DNA of 64,000 nucleotides from Promethearchaeota archaeon (GCA_019058365.1 JAHPZE010000001.1:409738-473737), one strand, 5' to 3'; shown: positions 51,163 to 62,090, numbered from the stretch's first letter. Program-made: numbers and translations. Notes: a model not told the origin generated them from the sequence alone.

Positions 51163-53106
51163 CTAAATATTTTTCTTAGTAAAAATCTCTGTCACGATGG
51201 ATTCCAGCGATGGAATATCGTTTATTTGAATAGATTTACTCTTTTGTAAAAAATTCTGTAAAGATTCCCAAATAAAACTATCATTTTGAATAGAATTAAG
51301 AAAGTTTTTAATCTTATAGTAAGCATAGTATGAAGCCCCTTTAAAAATATAACAAATTAAAAATGGTTGAAGGGGCATCATAAGAAGAGTGTATTGACCA
51401 AAAACTGCCCTATCAAGCCCCTCAGAAAATACTTCACTAATTATATAATTTATTGTGGTTAGAAAGCCTCCTAAAATATCATCTTCGAAGGAAAAATCCT
51501 CTCTAAATTTTTTAGAGAATAATATATTACCCCCCTCAGTTAAGATTAATAGCATAACAGGGTCTTCTTTTGATATCTTTGGAATTTCTAATGACCGTTT
51601 TTTTAACATAGTTGTCATCTGATCATCTAATCGGGCTAATTCAATGCGCTCCGCCAGACTTGCTTTTGATTCATTCAATAAATCCCAGTTATGCAATTCT
51701 TTTAATAAATTATCATGTTCATTTGAGATTTTCATCGCCAATCGTTTTATGCCATATGATTCCGCTATTTTCTGAGCTTGAGTTAAAAGTCGTCGGGCTA
51801 CTTTTATATTAAAAGTTAATAAAGCCAATTTAGCTTGCAAAATGAAGGTCTCACAAAAAACAAGGTATGAATGGGATTTTTCAGCTATAGCTATTAATTG
51901 AATAATATTCTGATTGATTTCATCAAAAACTTCATCATTATTACTTATACGATATTCTGAGAGAAGTAAATCACAAAGATGGATATATGCGCTTAAAATT
52001 AGAGTAAAATATATGGTTTTAGTTCGAACAACTTGTTTAAATAATTTTTCAGCTTTAGCTTTATCTCGGATTCGCGAACTTCTTTCTAATATTAAAGCTT
52101 TAGAGTAAATATAATCTAGTTCGATATGTTCTTCTTTATTTTGGTTACATATATTTTCCAAATGATGGAAATATTTTTTCGCAAGTTCAATATCACCCTT
52201 TATAAGGGCAATTTCTATTAAACTAGATAGTGGAGCTGCTATTGGTACAGATTGTTTTTTTTCACTGAGTAATAAACACTCCTCCAAATTTTTCAAAGCG
52301 AGCTCATATTCACCTTTTTCACAATATATAAGTCCGATGTTATTCAAGAAAACTGCATCTAAATAAAAGCTATGAAACCCTTTCACTTTTTCTAAAGCTT
52401 TCATATAATGTTTTAAACAATTATCTAAATCTCCAATAGAACCATAAACAGATGCAGAATAACCGTGACATATAACAATCCAGTAATGGTTAAATTTAAT
52501 TTCCTTAGCGTTTGATAATGCTTTCTCGAAATAGTTCAACGAAATTTCCGTATTTTTTTTTAAAAAAAATTCAATTAGTCCTTTTAATAAATAAAGCCAA
52601 ACAATTTCGAAAGAATTAGGGAGTTCTTGATATAGATCAAAGATCCGTTCTAAACCCTTTTCTGCTAAATCTATATTAGTCAATAAAAAATTAATCCATG
52701 CTTTTAACAAATCTAAACGAACTCTTCTTCGAATTAAAACATTCTTAGGTTCATTAGAAATAAGTTTTATTATATCTTCAGCTTTACTAATCTTTTTGGA
52801 TGCTTCGTCAATTTTTTCGGCTTCTATAAATCCAAAAATAATAAAAAATATTCCATCAAACGATTGGAGATGTTTGTTGTTTTTTTTTCCTTCTTTAAAT
52901 AGTTCTTTACCCAACTCAATAAGGTCTTCGAATTTGTGTTGATATGCCAGAATCAACCCTTTAATAAATTGGTAATAGCTTATTTGTTGAGGATTAAGCC
53001 CTTCAAATTGTTTCCAATCATTTAATATTTCAAGAGCCTTTTCAAGCTCACCTTCATCAAAAAGTTCTTCCGCTCTTGTTAGTTGATTTAGCTTAGGATG
53101 AGACAT
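51163..53106 (-). CDS. TPR protein with C-terminal longin-like domain
   Basis: LNNIGLIY..KGEYELA TPR; LLILTEGG..LFS..F...LGGFL tail. Confidence 0.82.
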   Translation of the reverse strand: MSHPKLNQLTRAEELFDEGELEKALEILNDWKQFEGLNPQQISYYQFIKGLILAYQHKFEDLIELGKELFKEGKKNNKHLQSFDGIFFIIFGFIEAEKIDEASKKISKAEDIIKLISNEPKNVLIRRRVRLDLLKAWINFLLTNIDLAEKGLERIFDLYQELPNSFEIVWLYLLKGLIEFFLKKNTEISLNYFEKALSNAKEIKFNHYWIVICHGYSASVYGSIGDLDNCLKHYMKALEKVKGFHSFYLDAVFLNNIGLIYCEKGEYELALKNLEECLLLSEKKQSVPIAAPLSSLIEIALIKGDIELAKKYFHHLENICNQNKEEHIELDYIYSKALILERSSRIRDKAKAEKLFKQVVRTKTIYFTLILSAYIHLCDLLLSEYRISNNDEVFDEINQNIIQLIAIAEKSHSYLVFCETFILQAKLALLTFNIKVARRLLTQAQKIAESYGIKRLAMKISNEHDNLLKELHNWDLLNESKASLAERIELARLDDQMTTMLKKRSLEIPKISKEDPVMLLILTEGGNILFSKKFREDFSFEDDILGGFLTTINYIISEVFSEGLDRAVFGQYTLLMMPLQPFLICYIFKGASYYAYYKIKNFLNSIQNDSFIWESLQNFLQKSKSIQINDIPSLESIVTEIFTKKNI

Positions 53107-53260
53107 AAATTTGTGAGAATTGAATTATAAACCTATGAATACATAAGCCAATTATAGTTTTAAATCTAGTGTTTAATTCCGTTGAAAAAAGACAGAGTAT
53201 TTTCTATAAAAAAGGTTTTAAAAAAAAAAATTTAATTTAGAAATTATTCATTTTTTGCAT

Positions 53261-53656
53261 TTAGCTTCTCTGTTTGATATAAGTGACAATTCCAAGCGCT
53301 AAAAGTACAGCCTCTACGGTTATAGTAAATAAACCATTTAATTTCCACAAATCTCCAAAAGTGGAGTATAATGTAGCATATACAGAAACCTCAATGATTA
53401 ATGATATTATAATTAGCCCTATAAAATACTCAAATGTCAATTTAATTTCTTCCCATTCCTTTTTGCGAAGCATTAAAATTGCGAAAATGGCAGAGATTAA
53501 ATTAACTCCTCCAAACAGTCTTGGGAGATACGGATTTGTCCAACCCTCAGGATTCAATGTCATATCATATAGAAAGGTAAGCATGATCCCAAATAGGAAC
53601 CATATAATGGTATCCACTATAAGTGCGATTTTTGTAAGTTTTTTAATTTCGGTCAT
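53261..53656 (-). CDS. Small 4-TM membrane protein
   Basis: Hydrophobic pattern. Confidence 0.8.
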   Translation of the reverse strand: MTEIKKLTKIALIVDTIIWFLFGIMLTFLYDMTLNPEGWTNPYLPRLFGGVNLISAIFAILMLRKKEWEEIKLTFEYFIGLIIISLIIEVSVYATLYSTFGDLWKLNGLFTITVEAVLLALGIVTYIKQRS

Positions 53657-53780
53657 TTTTTTATCAACTCATTTTTTTTTTTATTCTCTCATTAAACTGA
53701 TAAACAATGTGGTTTTTTAAAAAAAAAAAAATTTTAGAAAATATTTTTTATCTGAAATGATCAACGATGTGTGTTAGGAC

Positions 53781-54521
53781 CTATATTCCCCAAGAATATG
53801 TCAAAGAGGATATAGGACCAATCGGCAATATACCATCTCCAAACCCTACATCACCAGGGATGCCAACATCACATAATGCCGCAACTAGGACCCATGGTCC
53901 TTCTGGGTCAATAAAAACATCAGGATATCCTCCTGGGGGATATGTACCGGGATCCTCTAAACAATATTCAGCTGTAGGGCTCAAAAACATTAACATCGGT
54001 GCTGATACGTATTCACCTTCAGTATTTGGCATGGTAATTGGAAACATATTTCGATATATTAAACTTAAATCGGTATCAGTAGTCTTAAACACTCCCTCAC
54101 CCATGACCATCCAAACGTGAATCACCCAGGCATTGGAGATTGGGCAAAAGAAGTAAAAATCGGTTGATAGAACTAATCCATCTTTGAGCATTCCTGTCAT
54201 CGTATACACGTTATTACCTGATTCATCATAAATTCTTTGATAGAAAGCTGCTTTCACCGATGGGGGCTCATCGCCTTTATTAATACTCCCTATGATAATA
54301 TTAGTCGTTCCATCTAGATCTAAATCATCTCCTATTGCAATGAATAATACGCGATTAGAGCCACAAGCGTTTACTGTTGTAAGAAGTGCTATAATCGTTA
54401 TTAAAAATGTTACGGCGAACAGTCCTTTAGTCACATTTGATTTCTTTTTCACTATCATTTTTTTTTTATTCAACTCTTTTTTTTGTTTTAAATCGAATTT
54501 TATCATCAAAATGATGATCAA
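53781..54521 (-). CDS. Secreted/anchored hypothetical protein (true start probably ~54458)
   Basis: MIVKKK, hydrophobic signal, VNAC; Pro/Gly-rich C-terminus. Confidence 0.72.
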   Translation of the reverse strand: MIIILMIKFDLKQKKELNKKKMIVKKKSNVTKGLFAVTFLITIIALLTTVNACGSNRVLFIAIGDDLDLDGTTNIIIGSINKGDEPPSVKAAFYQRIYDESGNNVYTMTGMLKDGLVLSTDFYFFCPISNAWVIHVWMVMGEGVFKTTDTDLSLIYRNMFPITMPNTEGEYVSAPMLMFLSPTAEYCLEDPGTYPPGGYPDVFIDPEGPWVLVAALCDVGIPGDVGFGDGILPIGPISSLTYSWGI

Positions 54522-54551
54522 TTAATTGTACACCTATCCATCCATATATAG

Positions 54552-54595
54552 TTCCACTTTCGGAAATTCCTTGAAAATTCCGAAAATATGTGGAA
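54552..54595. promoter_or_regulatory. Nested inverted repeat between divergent genes, putative operator
   Basis: TTCCAC-TTTCGGAA ... TTCCGAAA-ATAT-GTGGAA. Confidence 0.55.
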
Positions 54596-54670
54596 GTTTT
54601 GAAAAATAAATATAAATAGAAATGTTCCCAATTTATACCTATTGAATAAAAAGTTTTATTTTTTTAGATA

Positions 54671-56584
54671 ATGGGAAAACTAAATTATCCCTCTGACGAG
54701 ATTCTTAACCCCTCAAAACAGTTAAGAAAAAATTACGACCATATAATTCTTTGGATGTTAGCAAATAATGAAAGTTGTGAATGGTCTAATTTTGAACAAA
54801 AGCCAGTTGAAATTCCTATTTCCACATTATCGCGTCATTTCACAAAGTTAATTCTCAAAGGATACATAGAAAAGTATTTGCGAGGACAATATAGGATAAC
54901 TCCAGAAGGAAAAAAGAGATTTCATGAGTTATCGAAAGAAAAAAAAAAACAACGAAAATTAAGTTATCCCCCTAATGTAATCTTAAAAAGAGGAAGGAAT
55001 TATTCTCATTGGATTTTATGGATGATTTATAATAATGGTTTTTGCAAAAGATCTGATTTTCTAGAAGAGCCATTCTCTATAAATCAATCTTCATTATCAA
55101 AAAGCTTAAATTCGTTAATTCAAAAGGGTTATCTCATCAAAGAAAATAAAAGATATATAATTACTCAGGCAGGGAAATCAGAATATTCGAAGATTCTGCT
55201 AAATTATAACTTAGACAGACAAATAATTTTAGAAGAGGAGCGAAAACGAATAGATAAAATTACCACCAAGACATCAGAGTTTTTTGGTAAATTCAATATA
55301 ACTGATGATCATGTTAAATTTAGGTTTCTCAATATGGTTTTAAAATTAGATTATTCAGAAGTTAAGGCAATCTTAAAAGAAGAGGAGGATTTTTATAAGA
55401 TATTACTCTTTATTTCAATAAATCATCCCGATTTTTATCCTGACTATCTATCTTTTGAAGAATTTTCGAGATTTTATGAAATAGAAAAGAGAATTCTAAA
55501 CTTTTGGGTAAATGAGATTATATATAGCGATTTATATAACTTAAAGTTTTTTAATTTAGAGATTTCTTCTAATAAATATTATTATTTTCATTCTGGTGAA
55601 AAATTAGAGAAAATACTTCGAGCAATTACTGAAGAACACATTGCAACAAACAAATATTTGGAGAAATTTGGGAGGTCAGGGAGCCTAAATTCTATTATAG
55701 ATAATATTCTTGAAGAACTTTGTGAAAATATATTCAATAAAGATTTCAAGGAATCCTTGAGAGAACTTTTACCAAAATATATCAAATATCTGGCATATAA
55801 AATTGAGATAAAAAAAGAATTAACAGAGACATATGATAAGCTAGAAGGTATAATTTGGCAGAACATGACAGATATTATTCAATCACAGAGTTTTGAAACA
55901 TTAAAATGTCAATACGAAGAAAAAATTAAAGAAATTGACAAAGAAATCAACTTGAGCCCAAAAAATTATGAATTATATAATTCAAAGATTAGAACTCTGC
56001 TCTATTTTAACCAATACAATGATGTATTGATGGTATTAGAAAAAATGATGGAGCTATTTCCTGAGAATGAAATTGATATTATGATAAAAAAAGCATTTAC
56101 TCTTAAAAAAGATAAAAATTTAGAAGCGGGATTAGAAACTATTGAAAATTTATTAGAAAAATACCCAAAAGATAATTCTCTTCATAATTATAAGGCGTAT
56201 TGGTTGTCTTATCTGGGTAGAAAACAAGAAGCATTGGAGATTCTTCAGGATCTTGTAGAAAAGGAACCAGAAAAGGGACTTTATTACGATACGTACGGAG
56301 AAATCTTAATAACCTTTAAAGAGTACAAAAAAGCTATAGAAGAATTTCAAAAAGCAATAAAAATTGATCCAAATGAGTGGTTCATCCACCAGACTTATAT
56401 CAAAATTGGTATTTGTTATACAGCACTCGAAAATTTTAAATTAGCAATTCAGAATCTTAAGAGAGGAAAAGAATTAACAAGTAAAATTATAAGTGATATA
56501 GAATCAAAAAATAAATGGTTAGCAATTGTAGACCTTTTTCTTGCAGAGATAGAGGAACAAGGTTATTTATTAGATTCAATTTAA
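54671..56584 (+). CDS. Regulator with two winged-helix domains and TPRs
   Basis: STLSRH..L..KGYIEK...YRITPEGK and SSLSKSL..L..KGYL...YIITQAGK; C-terminal TPRs. Confidence 0.82.
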   Translation: MGKLNYPSDEILNPSKQLRKNYDHIILWMLANNESCEWSNFEQKPVEIPISTLSRHFTKLILKGYIEKYLRGQYRITPEGKKRFHELSKEKKKQRKLSYPPNVILKRGRNYSHWILWMIYNNGFCKRSDFLEEPFSINQSSLSKSLNSLIQKGYLIKENKRYIITQAGKSEYSKILLNYNLDRQIILEEERKRIDKITTKTSEFFGKFNITDDHVKFRFLNMVLKLDYSEVKAILKEEEDFYKILLFISINHPDFYPDYLSFEEFSRFYEIEKRILNFWVNEIIYSDLYNLKFFNLEISSNKYYYFHSGEKLEKILRAITEEHIATNKYLEKFGRSGSLNSIIDNILEELCENIFNKDFKESLRELLPKYIKYLAYKIEIKKELTETYDKLEGIIWQNMTDIIQSQSFETLKCQYEEKIKEIDKEINLSPKNYELYNSKIRTLLYFNQYNDVLMVLEKMMELFPENEIDIMIKKAFTLKKDKNLEAGLETIENLLEKYPKDNSLHNYKAYWLSYLGRKQEALEILQDLVEKEPEKGLYYDTYGEILITFKEYKKAIEEFQKAIKIDPNEWFIHQTYIKIGICYTALENFKLAIQNLKRGKELTSKIISDIESKNKWLAIVDLFLAEIEEQGYLLDSI

Positions 56585-56676
56585 TACTCTTAGGCTTTAA
56601 TTAGCTATTCTATAGATTCTTGGTTAAAAAAGCTATGAATTTTTTTATCTAATTATCTTATTTATAAAAAATTTTC

Positions 56677-57681
56677 CTATTTTTCAGGAATCAGAAGGAC
56701 GAAATTACTTCCTTTGGAATAATCTCCTTTAATCCTATCTTCCACCCAAATTTTACCATTATAAGAATCAACTACTTTTTTTATGAGAGATAAGCCTAAA
56801 CCCGTTCTAAATTTATTTTCCTCTTCTTCACGTGCAATAAAAATTTCTTCTTTTCTGTCATCTGAAATTCCAACTCCATTATCAATAAACTCAATTTTAA
56901 TATATTGGGTTTGATTGAGTTTAAATTTTGATGTTTTTATCTTGACTTCAATAGGGGCATTTTTATTATGTATTATTGCATTAACCAGGATATTTTCAAA
57001 TACATTATAAAGTAAATCATTTGAGTTTAACAATAAAGTTTGTTCTGGGATTTGAATTATAATATTTCTATGTTCATATAATTTTTTCACCTTTTCAACC
57101 GTTTTTTCAAGAATACTTTTAAGATCTACGGTGTGAATTGGAAAAGGTGATTTCCTTATTTCAGAGAGTTTGGTAACGTTTGAGATCAAATTTTCTCCTC
57201 TTATTACTTGTTCTTTAATTAATGTAAGAATCTCGGAAAGATTCTCTAATTTCTGCTGAGTATTATGAGATTGCTCAATAATGTTATTACCTAATAGGAT
57301 ATTTTGTAATATATTTCTAATATCGTGAGTAAATAAATCTTTATAAAATTCTGTGTACCTATATGCTTCTTCTATATCTTTTTGATTCTCTCGTAAATTT
57401 TTTTCATTATTTTTCTGAATAAATGTATATAAAAAAAAAAACCAAGCTAAAGGAGCAAACGTTGCTATGTAATCTTCAACATTCACTAAAATATCGCTAA
57501 TTCCAGACCACTCTAAGAAATTACTTAAATAATAGACGGAAATAATGAACATCATTGCTATAAGAGATAATCTAGTGATAATTGAAAATTGATTTTTCCA
57601 ACCAATTAAAATAATACTAAGTGATAAGAGAGTTAAAGTGAACACAAAGAAATCAATTATCCCTATTAAATTCATGAACAC
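56677..57681 (-). CDS. Membrane sensor histidine kinase
   Basis: HDIRN, ENILVNA, DNGVGI, GLGL. Confidence 0.92.
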   Translation of the reverse strand: MFMNLIGIIDFFVFTLTLLSLSIILIGWKNQFSIITRLSLIAMMFIISVYYLSNFLEWSGISDILVNVEDYIATFAPLAWFFFLYTFIQKNNEKNLRENQKDIEEAYRYTEFYKDLFTHDIRNILQNILLGNNIIEQSHNTQQKLENLSEILTLIKEQVIRGENLISNVTKLSEIRKSPFPIHTVDLKSILEKTVEKVKKLYEHRNIIIQIPEQTLLLNSNDLLYNVFENILVNAIIHNKNAPIEVKIKTSKFKLNQTQYIKIEFIDNGVGISDDRKEEIFIAREEEENKFRTGLGLSLIKKVVDSYNGKIWVEDRIKGDYSKGSNFVLLIPEK

Positions 57682-57943
57682 CCCTCTTTTTAAAAAATAT
57701 CACCGTCCAAATAATCATCGTTATTGAACTGCAAATATAACACACATGTTCAATCAGATTAAATGTCTCCTCAAAAATTATTCCTTCAATAACCGTAAAA
57801 AACCAACCCATTGTAAATAAAGTAAAAGAAATTACAAATATCCTTAAACCAGGTAATGATTTCAATTTAACATAATTAATAATGATAAAGAATAATGCTC
57901 CTAGGCAAAGTATAAAAGTAATTAATTCGTTTTCCTGAATCAT
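57653..57943 (-). CDS. Small 3-TM membrane protein overlapping the kinase gene
   Basis: Hydrophobic; operon-like overlap. Confidence 0.75.
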   Translation of the reverse strand: MIQENELITFILCLGALFFIIINYVKLKSLPGLRIFVISFTLFTMGWFFTVIEGIIFEETFNLIEHVCYICSSITMIIWTVIFFKKRGVHEFNRDN

Positions 57944-58084
57944 TTTAGAATTTTACTGAATGTTGTACATTATTGATTGAAAAATAATTCCTTCCAACTA
58001 TGATATTAAAATAGAGATAGTATAAGAATATATATCTTCACAATGTTATGCATAATACTATAGAAAATGATTACTTTAGAGAGG

Positions 58085-58477
58085 TTATTTCTTAATAGAT
58101 CCGAAAATAATTTTTTCTTTATCAATTCTACAAGTTAAAAGGTTCCTTAATATCAAAATTTCAATTTCTCTTTTTAACACATCTTCACTAAGTTCTAGTT
58201 CATCTTTTTTTTTTAATGTTTGATTCAATTCTTGAAAACTGATGGAATCATTCTTACTTGAAAGATCTTTAATAGTTTTTAAGATAATTTGTTGATTATA
58301 GAGTGAACGAGAATTAGAATCTAATTGGTACAATCTGTGAGTGAGGTTATAGTTAAAATTAGCATTTTTCTCTAATTCTTTAAGTTTTTCGATTAAAATG
58401 ATTGCTTCCTTATATTTCTCTTTTTGCATTAATTCTTGAATATCATTCAATTGCTTTATAAATTGTTCAGTGTTCAT
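58085..58477 (-). CDS. PCI-like winged-helix protein
   Basis: Helical N-terminus then ISFQEL...EIEILILRNLLTCRIDKEKIIF. Confidence 0.6.
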   Translation of the reverse strand: MNTEQFIKQLNDIQELMQKEKYKEAIILIEKLKELEKNANFNYNLTHRLYQLDSNSRSLYNQQIILKTIKDLSSKNDSISFQELNQTLKKKDELELSEDVLKREIEILILRNLLTCRIDKEKIIFGSIKK

Positions 58478-58666
58478 TTTTAATTAAAATTTAATGATTG
58501 TTGTATTCAAATTAATCTTACTCATTAAGCTTTTTACTTATAAGATTTAAATGTAAAAAGCATGATTAAAATAACTGTATTTTGTAAACATTAATAAAAT
58601 ATAAAAAGAACCCTTTAAAAGGTTGATTTTATTTTCTATATTAAAGAATAAAACAAATAATGTTAA

Positions 58667-58903
58667 GTGAATTTAATGGATGTAGAAAAAGTAAAACAAG
58701 TTATTGCGAAAATAAGGCCTCAATTACAAATGGATGGTGGCGATATCGAACTCATTAGTGTAGAGGATGATGGAACAGTTAAAGTAAGATTAATAGGTCA
58801 CTGTGCTGGATGTATGCATGCTCAACAAACATTAACTTTTGGAGTGGAAAGAGCTCTCAAACAATTCATTCCAGAAGTCACACATGTAGTAAACGTTACC
58901 TAA
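58667..58903 (+). CDS. NifU-like (Nfu) Fe-S scaffold
   Basis: IRPQLQMDGGDIEL, GHCAGC. Confidence 0.92.
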   Translation: MNLMDVEKVKQVIAKIRPQLQMDGGDIELISVEDDGTVKVRLIGHCAGCMHAQQTLTFGVERALKQFIPEVTHVVNVT

Positions 58904-59013
58904 AAATCTTTTTTCTATTTATTTTTTTTCGCACCTTCAATTTTATTTTTATATAGTAAATATTATTTTTGTTGTTTTCAATTTTTATTTTTTATAATTT
59001 GATTTTTCCCATC

Positions 59014-59307
59014 TTATTCAGAGCTATCTCGGTTTGTATTACTTGAATCTGATTTATTTCTGATTGATAAATAAATTATACACCCAATAAAGAACGGAAT
59101 TATCCATACTATTAATACCCATGTCGCAGCATTAATTTGTTTTCTTTTAGCATCCCTATATACCCATATTCCCAAAAATGTCAATATCGAATAAGGTATT
59201 ACTAAAAATATTAAGAGTAACAACGCTACCAAAAAATACAAATCACCTAAAAAAGAAAAAATCATAAATATCATTTTCTTTACCTCTCTAATAGTATGTG
59301 ATTTCAC
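59014..59307 (-). CDS. Small membrane protein (PLDc_N-like)
   Basis: WVYRDA...W.LIV...G.IIYL. Confidence 0.7.
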   Translation of the reverse strand: MKSHTIREVKKMIFMIFSFLGDLYFLVALLLLIFLVIPYSILTFLGIWVYRDAKRKQINAATWVLIVWIIPFFIGCIIYLSIRNKSDSSNTNRDSSE

Positions 59308-59473
59308 ATTTTTATTATATCATTAAAATTGATTTAATTTATTATTAAATCTTATGATCTTTCATAACTGATTTTTAACTTGCTTAAGAAACGAAATGGC
59401 AATTTTACAAAAGTTAATTATCTGTCAATAATTACTTACTTTAACTTCTAATACATTAGTTTTTGAATACATT

Positions 59474-60736
59474 ATGAAAAGCACTGAAAATTATGAAAAG
59501 ATAGAATCTGAGAGCTCAGAGAATCAAGAGGAACAAAGGAGAAAGCGTGTAAAGAAACCAAAAAAAACACAAGGCCAAATTATTCAAGAAGCTCTAGGTT
59601 TGGGGCCTACAGATATCCAAGATGTTGAGAAGAAGCTCTTTATTGTTCGATTTTTAGATTATTTCTCTGAAGAAACTTTTGATTTCATCTTTAAGGATAA
59701 CACTTTAAACCAATATGTAAAACAAATAACAACACATATAAATGAGTTTAGTGAAGGAAGGGAAGAAGATAGAATTTTAAGACAAAGTTTCGAATCAAAA
59801 GGAATCTTAGATATTGTAAACAAGCTAAAACAAAAGGCAGAAGAGCTTGCTCTTAGTAAAGGCATGAATAGTTCAATGGATAAACGATTGCGGAAGTTAA
59901 CTTTGTTAATTACATTACCATTATTTGCAGCCATCTTGGTAATATCATTTATCCCGAATTTTCCTGTTTTCTTTCTCTTTCCGGTCTTATGTGTCTTTTG
60001 TATGTTACCTCAATTAATTAAAGGTAATGTTGTTAAGAAATGGTTTGCATTTAAAGAACAGAATAAAAATGAGATTTATTCTGAAAATCGAGAAGAAATA
60101 ATGATTTTAAAGAATTTTGCAGGGGAATTATTAGATAACATAAGATCAAGACTTATAGAATTAAGAGTACCTCTTCAGTTAATAAAATTTGTGCTCCATA
60201 GTAGAGATTATGATAATCTAAACCTAATTAATCAAAAAAATATAAGAGGAACGATGCAATATTTTTATACTTTTGAATACCCCCTAGATGTGGAACCATT
60301 TCCAATACCACAGCAGCTTCTAGAATATCAAGGACCTATAATCTCTGAAAAAAAGAAAGTTGAAAAAATGGAGAAAAATTTTATCGTACTTACAGATATA
60401 AAAGGCAGAGATGGAATTATCAATTATTTTGTACCAGCGCTCAAAGATAAATTCGCTGAAAAGATTAATGATATGTTAAATAACTCTGAATTTAGTAAAT
60501 CTCCAAAAAAATTCAAAGAAATTTTATCCCATTATTCAGAAAATATGGCAATTTATTGTATATGTGGAGAAATTGCTGAAATTAGTAATGTCCAAATATG
60601 CAATTGGAAAAATCAATTCAAATTTTACCTATTTGAAGGAAAGGAATGTAACTGTGGAGAATCAGTGTATGCACTCTCTCTAATGGACGAATCTGATGAA
60701 ATTCCTGAAGAACTCAAAGATATTTTCTTAAATTAG
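59474..60736 (+). CDS. Hypothetical 2-TM protein with Cys-containing C-terminal domain
   Basis: CICGE...CNCGE. Confidence 0.75.
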   Translation: MKSTENYEKIESESSENQEEQRRKRVKKPKKTQGQIIQEALGLGPTDIQDVEKKLFIVRFLDYFSEETFDFIFKDNTLNQYVKQITTHINEFSEGREEDRILRQSFESKGILDIVNKLKQKAEELALSKGMNSSMDKRLRKLTLLITLPLFAAILVISFIPNFPVFFLFPVLCVFCMLPQLIKGNVVKKWFAFKEQNKNEIYSENREEIMILKNFAGELLDNIRSRLIELRVPLQLIKFVLHSRDYDNLNLINQKNIRGTMQYFYTFEYPLDVEPFPIPQQLLEYQGPIISEKKKVEKMEKNFIVLTDIKGRDGIINYFVPALKDKFAEKINDMLNNSEFSKSPKKFKEILSHYSENMAIYCICGEIAEISNVQICNWKNQFKFYLFEGKECNCGESVYALSLMDESDEIPEELKDIFLN

Positions 60737-60740
60737 ATTT

Positions 60741-62090
60741 TTATTTCTTTTTTATTTTTGAATACCACTCAAAAAGTAATTTATATCCCCGAACTGCTCG
60801 CTCAATTTCATTTTCAAAAGTTGGTATTTTTAATTCTGAAGCAGTTTTAAGAACTCTCTTAGCGCCATCATGTTCTGCTTGAATCAAAACAGTAATTAAT
60901 GGTTTATTTGGAAATGATTTTTTAATATTGGCAAAAATATTAAAATCAAATTCGATTTCAATGAAAAATTCTAAAGCTAAAATTAATCCATCAACAGCTT
61001 CATCTTTTAACAGAGCTTTTGAGGATGTATTGTAGATTTCACAGATTTTTGTACCTACAAACTTTTCTGGAGGCCAATAATCAACAGGATTTCCTAATTT
61101 ACATGTAGAACCTCCTACTTTATCAAGAATAATCTTTTTATGTTCTTGACTCACTTTTGCCAGTGCTAATCCTTGCTTTCTCATTTCTTTAACAATTAAA
61201 TAAATAGCTCCCGAGCTTGGTCCGATTATCCCTAAATTAACACCTTTAGGTTCTGGACACCATAAAAAGATTTTCGCAAAATCAAAAAGCTCAATATAAT
61301 TTAATACACTAATTCCACCAGCGTTAATTAACTCAGTTTCTTTTGATTCATCCTTTCCTACATAAAAAAATAGCACTGGTTTTATTGGTGCAATATCTTT
61401 TACTACTCTGATGATATCGTTTGTGATTTCTCTTAAAAAAATTGAAATTACTTTAGTCGTTTCATCTTCTTTAAAATACTCTAATACATCTGCATCATTA
61501 ATATCAAATCCATATCCTAAATGAATCACTTTTGAAATGGGTAACTCTTGAGATGGTGCCCACCAACCCATAGCACCAGCTAATCCTCCCGATTGGGCAA
61601 TAAAACTAACTCCTTCTTTAATTTTTCGATGTTTTCGCATAAGATACTGTCTTACGGGGATTATTGAGGTAGTAAAATTATGATTAAAATTAATAATCCC
61701 TATCATTGAAGGCCCCATATAGGATACACCATATTTTTTACTAATTTCGTTTAAATTTTGTATTAATATGGGATCTTCTGTTTCAATTCTCAACTCTGAT
61801 TCAATAGCAATATTTTTGACTCCAAATTTCGCTACTTTTTCGAATATTTGTTCAATTTGTTTCCCTAGAACGATTACTGCCAGCTCTGGAATTTCAGGTA
61901 ATTCATCTAAAGTATGATATGATTTTATTCCTAAAATCTCATCAGCGTTAGGGTTCAGTATATATAAATTCCCTCTATAAAAAATTTCTAAAAGATTCTT
62001 TAGAATGGTGTAACTAAAGGTATAGGCTTTTCTTGACACACCAACTATTAATATACTTTTCGGGTTAAAGAAAGGTTCGAGATCTTTCAA
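60741..62090 (-). CDS. ADP-forming acyl-CoA synthetase alpha-like CoA-binding protein lacking the phospho-His loop
   Basis: FFNPKSI..VGVS, QSGG, NPVD; no SHTG. Confidence 0.8.
   Translation of the reverse strand: MKDLEPFFNPKSILIVGVSRKAYTFSYTILKNLLEIFYRGNLYILNPNADEILGIKSYHTLDELPEIPELAVIVLGKQIEQIFEKVAKFGVKNIAIESELRIETEDPILIQNLNEISKKYGVSYMGPSMIGIINFNHNFTTSIIPVRQYLMRKHRKIKEGVSFIAQSGGLAGAMGWWAPSQELPISKVIHLGYGFDINDADVLEYFKEDETTKVISIFLREITNDIIRVVKDIAPIKPVLFFYVGKDESKETELINAGGISVLNYIELFDFAKIFLWCPEPKGVNLGIIGPSSGAIYLIVKEMRKQGLALAKVSQEHKKIILDKVGGSTCKLGNPVDYWPPEKFVGTKICEIYNTSSKALLKDEAVDGLILALEFFIEIEFDFNIFANIKKSFPNKPLITVLIQAEHDGAKRVLKTASELKIPTFENEIERAVRGYKLLFEWYSKIKKK

Noticed and set aside
54552-54570. 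TTCCACTTTCGGAAA as an ORB box
   Set aside because: Single copy, far from cdc6, better explained as part of an operator palindrome
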